From assembly GCF_009914755.1 (NCBI RefSeq), contig NC_060927.1: 64,000 nucleotides of DNA; one strand, given 5' to 3'. Positions 53,258 through 64,000 of this stretch are shown piece after piece. Below the pieces are notes generated by a model. The model had not been told where the DNA came from. It saw only the letters and a list, made by a program, of their open reading frames with translations, and searched no databases. The stretch is from the human T2T-CHM13v2.0 reference genome, Homo sapiens. The position numbers and the translations under genes are program-made. Position 1 is the first letter of the stretch; every line of letters starts with the position of its first letter.

Positions 53258-53479
53258 GGGACCTGAAGGAGATGAGTGAGAACCCATGTGTGTATCTGGA
53301 GAAGGGCATGGTGACATGGAGAAGAACATGGCCCTGGGATCTGGACCTTACTGACCACTGATCTTTGAAAAATCTCTCAGACTGTATAATACCAATCTCT
53401 TCTGGCTCTTGCTCTCCTTTCTAAATGCTGCTTCTTTCTTTCTTTCTCTTTTTTCCCCTACATTCTGCTCCCTAGAACA

Positions 53480-53675
53480 ATATTGGAGAAGAAATATAAT
53501 TTCTCCTCAACCCTTGTTAAGTTTATTGCTGGGATAAACCACTGTAACAAAAGATAGATTAAAAAGAGAAAAACAAGCAAGTTTACTATTATGTGCAGTG
53601 TACATCACGCAGAAGAAATCTCAATGAAAGGTAACTCAAAACAGTGTCTTGGAACTCCAGCTTACCTAGCATCTT
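53480..53675. mobile_element. LTR fragment, MER31-like
   Basis: TGTAACAAAAGATAGATTAAAAAGAGAAAAACAAGCAAGTTTA pattern. Confidence 0.45.
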
Positions 53676-54929
53676 CAGGATGCTATGTTTCTGGAATATT
53701 GATAATGTTCTTTATTAATATGGGTGGTGGTTTCTTGGATATTTACATATGTAAAAAATTGAGCTGTACACATAAGATACTGTATGTAAGTAATATCTCT
53801 ATTAAAAACAACAACATGCTGCCTCTGCCATTATCTTTCCCCCTCAAGCTATTTTTATAGAAATTATAGTCAGCCCTTGCTTTCATTGTTTAAGAGTATT
53901 TTGAGACTACAACATAATATTGAGCTAAAATAAGTATATCAATACCAAAATGTAAAAAATGTCCAAAGACAAAAACTTGGAAGGTAGACAGAAAAATTAA
54001 AATATTTTGTTATGATTATGGGTATTATTTTTTCTAGCTTTCTGTTTTCATTATTTTTGTTATACTAATTTTTTGCCACAAATTTCTCCAAAATATAAGT
54101 TTATCCTGTATATCTAATTAAACCACTTACCACAATTTTTGTCTCCAAAATGTGGTAAGGTTTTCTATTTTTCTCTAATTCTATACAGCAAATTGCAGCT
54201 AACACAGTTTTCTTAGGCTACAGAATATGAAAAAGTAAACAAAGATTATTTTTGGCTTCGTTTGATACAAATAATTTCTAAAAACAAAAAGTGGGTAAGC
54301 AAAACATAGAAGAAAATGGAAAAAGTAATTATAAAAGAAGTTTACAGGACACAAAAGTGTTCTGTATTAACAATATGATAGCCAACTAAAACACTAATGT
54401 TATTTTGAGGTGCTTGTTAAGTAGCACTATATCACTGAACATGAACATAACAATCAATTGCTGTTAGCTTTTGAAAGATTTAGCAACGTATTTTTGTCTG
54501 AAGGGAGGGCAGTCTTGAAAAAGTGTGAGACTGACCAATTTGGTTTTTAGCTGTGGGCAAATATCACTGGCATATCCCCAAATATCGAGTACCTTGAGGG
54601 TGTTCTACAACTAGCCAAAATCTCTCCATAAAGGGCCATCTCCTGGGCAAAAATATTCTATGCCTCTTTTCACATGCTCTAAAGTCTGCTCTCAGCTAGC
54701 CAAGTTACTTAGAAAAGGACCTGATAAAAACAAGTTTAATGTGTTACTCCCATGATACTATTATATTTTAAGAAATAATTTCTTAAATCAAAGGAATAAA
54801 GCTAGTGAGATAATTTTTTTTATCAGTAAGAAGAAGGTGAAATCCTCCCCAAGTTATCTACCTACATGACTCATTGCTAACACTGGCCCTAAAAGGCAGT
54901 TACAAAGATATAGTTTGTATCTTTGCAGG

Positions 54930-55510
54930 TATATCTGCAGTGTTCTATTAGTGCTGTAACAAATTACCACAAATTTAGAGCCTTAGAAAAACATAATTTG
55001 ATTATCTTGCAGTTCTCTAAGTCATAAACACAATATGAGTTTCACTGAGCTAAAATCAAGGTGCTAACAAGGCTGCATTCCTTTCTGGAAGCTCCGGGAG
55101 AAGGACCATTTCCTTGATCATTCAGATTGTAGGCAGAATTGTTTCTTGCAGCTGTATGACTGAGGTCCCCATTTCCTTGCTGGCCATTCATAGTTTCTAG
55201 AGGCCACCTGCATTCCTCGGCTTGTGGTCCACTTCCTTCACCTTTAAAGCCAGCAACAGCAGGTGCAGCTGCTCTTACTTTGAATCTGTCCTTCTTCATC
55301 CACTAACCCCCAGCTAGGAAAAGTTCTCTGCTTTTAAGAACTCATGTGATTATATTGGATGACTGGATAATCCAGGATAGTTTTAGCATCTGAAGGTCCC
55401 TACCCTTAATCGCATCTGCAAAGTTCCTTTTGCCATATTAGGTAACACATTCACAGGTTCTGGGGATTAGCATATGGGTATCTTTGGAGGCCCATTATTC
55501 AGCCAGTCAT
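54930..55510 (-). mobile_element. MaLR LTR, MLT1D/E-like
   Basis: GCTGTAACAAATTACCACAAATTTAG, GCTAAAATCAAGGTG, ATCTGCAAAGTTCCTTTTGCCA, CACAGGTTCTGGGGATTAG. Confidence 0.82.
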
Positions 55511-55628
55511 GAAATTGCATTAGGAAGAATATAGCAGTTAATTTGGGGATTATAAAAGCATATTCCTTTTTTCTAAAGATTCATATTTAGATATGAGCAT
55601 AAACACATAAAATGATATTTTTACTACC

Positions 55629-55889
55629 TTTTTTTTTTGTTTTTGAGACAAGTTTTCACTCTGTCACCCATGCTGGAGTGCAGTGGCACAATCATGGCTT
55701 ACTGCAGCCTGAGCCCAGGCAATCCTGCCACTTCAGCCTCTTGAGTAGCTACAACTACAGGTGCTTGCCACCACACTTGGCTGATTCTTTTCTGGTACTT
55801 TTTGTAGAGATGGGGGTCTCACCATGTTGCCCAGGCTGGTCTTGAACTCTTGGACTCAAGAAATCTGCCTGCCTTGGCCTCCCAAAGTC
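55629..55889 (-). mobile_element. AluJ-like, 5'-truncated
   Basis: Reverse Alu; TSD ~TTAC(T/C)AC.TTT. Confidence 0.9.
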
Positions 55890-56129
55890 TTACCACTTTT
55901 TAAACGTAGTTTGCGATTTGTGGTTTTGGCTTTCAAGGACTTATTAACAATGATTAAAAAAAAAAAAAACCTAAATAATAATTTGACCATGTGACCATGT
56001 TGTCACCAAGTGGTGGTAGGAACTTGGCATGTGGTACTGGATTATTAAAGATATCCAAAAGAAAACATTTTAAGTTATTGAAGAAGTTGCTTTTAAAAAG
56101 AAAAAAATTACCAAAATAGGTGCACCTAC

Positions 56130-56570
56130 CCCAACCTGCCTAGACACAACTCATTAGACCAGGCATGTGTACCAAACCTAAGCTGAGCCAGTGATCCCTT
56201 CCCTGAGGGAGCGTTTAAAATTGGGACTAAGATTCTTGTCTCAGCCTTACTGCTCTCTCAAATAAAAAAAAATGTACACTTTAGAGTTGTTAACACTGGT
56301 CACTTTCCAGCACATAAACTGAGGTGGGTAAAAAAGGTCAATCCACTGGAAAAGAAAAAAAGGACCTGGATATACAGACAGAAGCAGAGACAAAAGAGAC
56401 AAAGAGAACAGGTACTTTCTGTGTTCTCCTAGCACTCCAGTTCCTGTTTCCTGAGATCTGGCTATATCCTTTCCCTGGCTTCTGGAAGGTATCCCTGTAT
56501 CCTTATAACCAATTCTCCTTTTTACTTAATGGTTTCTTCTACTTGCATCAACTAAAAGAAAACATAGAGT
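56130..56570 (+). mobile_element. Old ERV-L LTR (LTR16/LTR33-like)
   Basis: ACCTAAGCTGAGCCA, CCAGTTCCTG, TACTTGCATCAA pattern; diverged. Confidence 0.45.
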
Positions 56571-57235
56571 AAGTTTGAAGTCATAAGATCAGCCACACTT
56601 CTCCAGCACTGCTTGTGTTTTTCTCACTTCTGGCATACCACTGCAGTGTTGCCTCTTCCTATGTAATAACTTTATATTTAAAAACAAAGAAACAATCAAC
56701 ACACTAATACTTATAAGAGGAAGCAAGCAGGATGTCCGATGCCCATGGAAAAGGTATCATAGAATCGTGGAGTTGAAAAGAGAGAGTTAATCATTTAGCT
56801 TAGACAATTTATTTTGTAGATGAGAAATGTAAAGACCCAGAAGAGGCCTTTGACTTTGTAAACTCACCGCTGGAGTCTTGACTCCAGGCTTTACAAACAT
56901 GCTAATGCTACTCTTACATTAAAACGAAATAAGCAATCATACTAAACAGCACAATATAGAGAATAACAATTCAGAATGTTTTATAAAGTGTTGATATATC
57001 AAAAAGTGATACATTCCTTTGAGGGAAGAGACTATTTTTTTCCTTCTGTATTCTGTCAAATTGCTTAGGCATGCAGGTTATTTCCCAACAGGGAAATAAA
57101 TATTTAAACTAAAAAACATGACTTGACTATAAGGACTTTTAAAAGTATCTCTTCAATGCCAACCTCACCCTTCTCTTTACTATTCCTGTATAAATATATT
57201 ACATTGAAAGGATCCTCAAAAGGATAATCTTTGGC

Positions 57236-57677
57236 TCTTTCTGCCATCTTGGAGCCTGTGGAGGCCTGCTGGGAACAGGATGTCTAAAAGGGAAATATGC
57301 TGGAAGGCTGTGGTACAAGACCATGTTTGCTTGCTCTAAGTGGGGTCTCCAGAACCAAAGGGAGTATGCAGCTCTTCTTAAAGTTGAAGGCGTTTATGCT
57401 TGAGATGAAACTGACTTCTATTTGGGCAAGAGATATGCTTATGTATATAAAACAAAGAACAACATAGTGACTCCTGGTGGCAAACCAAATAAACTAGAGT
57501 AATCCATGGAAAGATAATTTGGGCCCATGGAAACAGTATCGTGGTTTGTGCCAAAATCCAAAGCAATCTTCCTGCTAAGGCCACTGGACACAGAATCTGT
57601 GTGATGCTGTACCCTTCAAGGATTTAAGCTAATGAAAAGTAAATAAAAGTGGATTTGTGTTCTTGGGGGGAAAAAAA
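57236..57677 (+). pseudogene. Processed pseudogene of ribosomal protein L35a (RPL35A), antisense in IFT80 intron
   Basis: Intronless; 5'TOP-like start TCTTTCTGCCATCTTGG, ATG 57297 followed by 1-nt frameshift, [25 protein letters not shown] and [23 protein letters not shown] 57625-57627, AATAAA 57642, A tail, TSD AAAAG(G/C)ATAA(T/A)CTTTGGC. Confidence 0.95.
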
Positions 57678-58960
57678 GCATAAACTTTGGCCAATTTCAA
57701 TAAATTCAATTCATAAAATTGTACATTCACAAAGTAAGTTTAAGTGGAAAAAAAATAGATGCAAAGTTTCTTACATTCATTTAGGGCACATTAACTGATG
57801 TTTAGGACCATTTACTGCAGATGGTAAGTCACTGCAATTATTTTAATTGAAAAGATGAACAGGGAGATGCCTTTTTATTATAATGCTTAAACGAATATTC
57901 AAAGACAGAGAAAATGAGAATCACAAAAAAGTTATCTCTTACACAAGCAATAGCACCACCTGCTGATAGATAAAAGCAACAATGTCAGTTAATTAAAAAT
58001 AAGGCCAAGTACTTTGTATATTTAGATCTTTCCCCTTGGATGCTATTGTTTAATATAGTATAATTCATTAATATATTGTACAATTTATTTATAATAACTA
58101 TGTTAATTTGAACATTGGTGCCCTTACAATTGGAATCAAGCATTTCTTAAAAATCAAAGGTAAAAATAAAATTTATTATGTAATATAGAAAACATTATAG
58201 TACTATGACTTTTAATTTTTATCCCAAAGGTAATTCATTTGTACCTTATTTATTTTACTTACCATCCAGTAATGTACAATTAGTTTCTATATTTGTTTTT
58301 ATATTTCCTGATCATCTCATTTAAAAAATGCCATCTCCTTCGCCCAGCTTAATTTTTATAGCACTCATTACCATTTAAAATATGTTACTTTTGCTTGTTT
58401 ATAGTCTTTCATCTGATGGAATAAAAACTGTCAACAAAACAGAATTTATTTTATTTATTGATTTTCTTTAACAACTAGGGCAAGTACCTGGCATCTAACA
58501 GACTCTCAATAAATATTTGTAAAAGAATTGATAAATATGAAAATAAATGAACAAATTAATATGCAATGCATTTTTATACTTCCTTGAAGTAATAGCTATG
58601 TCAAAAGTTTCAAAGCTCTTGACAGATTTTACCAAACTATCCTTGAGAAAGGCTGTACCAGTTAATGTTCCCATCAATGTTCTACAAGGAGCCCCATTTT
58701 CCCATTTCTGATGAATGGGAATGGCATAACATTGTAATTTTTATGTGCATAAAACTCATTGCTAAAGAGACAACATATTTTGCATTTCTGGGGGTATGTA
58801 CCCTTCTTTTATCCTTTGCTTTTTTCCAATTCCAGAATTTCTATTACATTCCTTTTGTATAATTTCTATCCTTTTACTGGTATTTTCTATTTGTTCAGAC
58901 TGTGATCTGTTTTCCTTTGGCTCTTTGAGCATATTTAAGATCACTGATTTAGTCTTTGTC

Positions 58961-61030
<2,070 letters not shown>

Positions 61031-62249
61031 GTCTTTGTGTAATAAGTCCAATGCTGGGCATTCTCAGGGATGGTTTCTATTAATTTCTTTCCCTGTGAAT
61101 GGGCCGTAATTTCCTGTTTCTCATATGCCTTGTAATTTTTTGTTGAAAATTGGATGTTTTTAATATCATAATGTGGTAACTCTGGAAATCAGAATCTCTC
61201 TCCAACAAGGCTTGCATTGTTGCTTGTTGAGGGCTCAGTTAACTGTCTATTTACTGACTTTTCCAAACTATTTTTGCAGACTGCTTTTTGTGTGTGGTCA
61301 CTGAAGTCTCCATTCCGTTATCTCAGTGGTCAGCCAGACAGAGCCAAAAAGAAAGAAAAAAAATACTCTCCCACTCTTTGCCAATTGGCTCTGACCTAGG
61401 CACTCCTTTAATACACGGCCAGACCACCTACAACTCTACTTTAGCTTTCACTCCTTGTTTGTTCATAAATGAAAGATATTCCAGTGATACAAGCCTCACA
61501 TCCTCTGGTCTTTTCTGAGTGTGTCTGGCCCTGGGCATGTATGTTACATTCCAGATCCCTCAGTATATGTGAGGACCCTCCAAAGCCCTTATTCGTTGAT
61601 GCCACTCTGAGAGATTTCTAAGGCGTCAAAACAAAGACAAAACTTTATGCCAGTCATTCAGGGAACTATGAGAGGTCAAAAAGTGCAATTTGTGAGAACC
61701 ACAACTTTTTGAGGACACTGTCCATATTGTGTACCCTGCCCCACCCCCACTGCACCACCCAATACACACACACCAGCAAGCCACACCAGAACCCAGGTTG
61801 CCATCATTTTAGCTACCGCCAGGCTGGGAGTGGGGGATAGTAGGCAGGTAAGCAAAAATGCCACAATGCTTTCTTACCAAAATTTAGCAGTATTTTTTTT
61901 TAATTAAGCACTCCTCTGGTTGCTAGTGGTTTTTTTCATTAGATCTCAAAGCTCAGAAAAAATTGATTCTGACATTTTTTGCCAGCTTAACGGCTGCTTC
62001 AGTGGAGGAACCAATTTCTAGGGCTGCCTATTCCACCATTTTCTGTGACACCATACCTCTTCTGCTCATTTTTACTGAAGAAAGTTTTAAAAGCTTTATT
62101 GCATCTGTATAACTGATACAGAGTCAGAGAGAAAGGCTCACACTACACAAAATCATCTAAAGAGGAAGGAAAAGATGACCCAAATATACTATCCAACAAC
62201 AATGGGTATACCTTTAGCCATACATTCAAAGACATGGGTACACAATTTT

Positions 62250-62840
62250 ACTTACGTGAGATCATAGAGTAACATGCTGTCCTATAACCCAGTCTTTTTA
62301 CTAAATAACATCATAAGTATCTTTCCAGGTGATTAAACATGATCCTTCTTCTCCATTTTTAAAGAGTTGAGGGTATTGCACTTTAGGTATACAGAATAAT
62401 AACCAATCAGTCTCCTGCTCATGGACATTTATTTTTACTTTTCACTATTAATACTGTGATGAAAACTGATATGCATATATCTTTGTGTACTTACACAATG
62501 ATCTCTTTAAAGAAAATTCCTAGAAGAGAGATTCCTGAGTCAAGGGATATGTGCATCTGACATTTGGATATGTATTATCAAAATACCCTTCAAAAAGTCA
62601 AATCACTCTATATTTCCACTAATACCATATAAACAAAGCAGCTCATTTCCTCCTGCTCAAGTGAAACTGAGGGTTTTAGGTCATTATTAATCTTTTCAAC
62701 TTATTGGGTAAAATATATCATTTTATTTATTTACTTCTTTATTTTATATTTATTTATTAGTTAAATTGAACATCCTTTCATGTTTTTATTGGCCATTTAC
62801 ATTTGTCTATGAACTATTCATGCTTTTTGGCTATTTTTCT
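62250..62840 (-). mobile_element. L1ME-like fragment
   Basis: ATGGACATTT, TTCCTAGAAG..ATTCCTGAGTCAAGGG, TTTATTGGCCATTT. Confidence 0.65.
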
Positions 62841-63109
62841 AGATAATTTCTTGAACAATGAAATTCAAACGGTAGCTTTCCCACTCTACTCTGCCTTGAG
62901 AACCACTGCAGTAGTTTAGCATAGCTCTGAAATGTGCAAAGCTGATTTTTACAAACTCATGTTCAATTATTTAAAATAAACTTTTGATATGTAAGGAATA
63001 ACAATAGCAGAACAGCTGCTATTAGATCTGCCTTCTCACAGATAACACCTATGTACTCCAGACAAAATACAAAAACAAGTATTTGAACACTGGACAGCAA
63101 TCAAAAGTA

Positions 63110-63740
63110 GGCAGACAGCCACTTTGGAAAACAATTTGGCAGGTCCTCAAAGAGTTAAACATAGGGTTACACTTGTCGTAGCAATTCTACTTCTAAGTAT
63201 ACACTCCAGAAAAATTAAAATATGTCCACACAAAAATAAAAACATGTGTTCACACATTCATAGCAGCATGATTTCTAATAACCAAATTTTGATACCACTA
63301 AGTGTCCATTAACTGATTAATAAACAAAATGTGTTATAAACATGTGATGAAATATTATTTGTCTATAAAAAAGAATAAAGTACTGGATACATGGATTAAT
63401 CTTGAAAACATGCTAACTGAAAGAAGTCAGTCACAAAAGGCCACATAATGTGTTATTTCATTTATATGAAATGTCCAAACTTGACAAATCTATAGGAAAA
63501 AAAGTAGATTAGTGGTTGCCAGGGACTAGGAATAGAGTAGGGAAAAATAGGGATTGACAGTTAATGGGTACACAATTCCTTTTAGAGGAGAGGAAAATGT
63601 TCTAAAATTAGAGTTTTGTAACGGTTGCACAACCCTATGAATATAGTAAAAAACACTTTTTTTAATTGGGTACATTTTAAATGGGTAAAATGTGTCATAT
63701 ACAAATTGTATCCTGATAAATTTGTTTCTTTAAAAAAGCA
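63110..63740 (+). mobile_element. L1MB-like 3' end
   Basis: CAGCCACTTTGGAAAACAATTTGGCAG, GAAAGAAGTCAGTCACAAAAGGCCACAT, AGATTAGTGGTTGCCAGGG. Confidence 0.82.
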
Positions 63741-63777
63741 GCCAGAAACTTGAGTCAATGGTTGAAAGAAGAGAACA

Positions 63778-64000
63778 GGGCTGGGCACCATGGCTCACCC
63801 TATAATCCCAGCACTTTGGGAGGCCGAAGCGAGTGGATCACCTGAGGTCAGGAGTTCGAGACCAGTCTGGCCAACATGGAAAAACCCCGTCTCTAATAAA
63901 AAATGCAAAAATTCGCTGGGTACTGTGGCAGGTGCCTGTAATCCCAGCTACTCGGGAGGCTGAGGCAGGAGAATCTCTTGAACCCAGGAGGCAGAGGTTG
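63778..64000 (+). mobile_element. AluSx-like, cut by window edge
   Basis: GGATCACCTGAGGTCAGGAGTTCGAGACC. Confidence 0.94.

Noticed and set aside
57297-57627. Functional RPL35A retrogene
   Set aside because: Frameshift right after the ATG, in-frame stop and a further indel.

Overview
Primate (very probably human) genomic DNA, AT-rich and repeat-dense. It is almost entirely intronic sequence of IFT80 (intraflagellar transport 80, WD40 protein) on the minus strand. Five coding exons with canonical GT-AG boundaries splice in frame (34372-34551, 22263-22381, 18515-18589, 15483-15646, 404-468; probably exons 9-13). Everything above 34551 is one long intron. The introns hold about 22 Alus, many L1/L2 pieces, DNA-transposon fossils, several solo LTRs and a full-length processed RPL35A pseudogene. 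I see no evidence of a new protein-coding or RNA 'system'. The most notable structures are: (i) a young L1PA insertion carrying both a twin-priming 5' inversion and a 171-bp 3' transduction inside one 14-15 bp TSD; (ii) a two-LTR MER21-type ERV-L-class provirus with gag, a duplicated protease half, a deleted RT core, RNase H, integrase and dUTPase-like remnants; (iii) a ~120-bp miniature inverted L1; (iv) a 550-bp almost pure A/T self-complementary tandem repeat. Repeat subfamily names come from my recollection of consensus sequences and need RepeatMasker/Dfam confirmation. Boundaries of old repeats are approximate.
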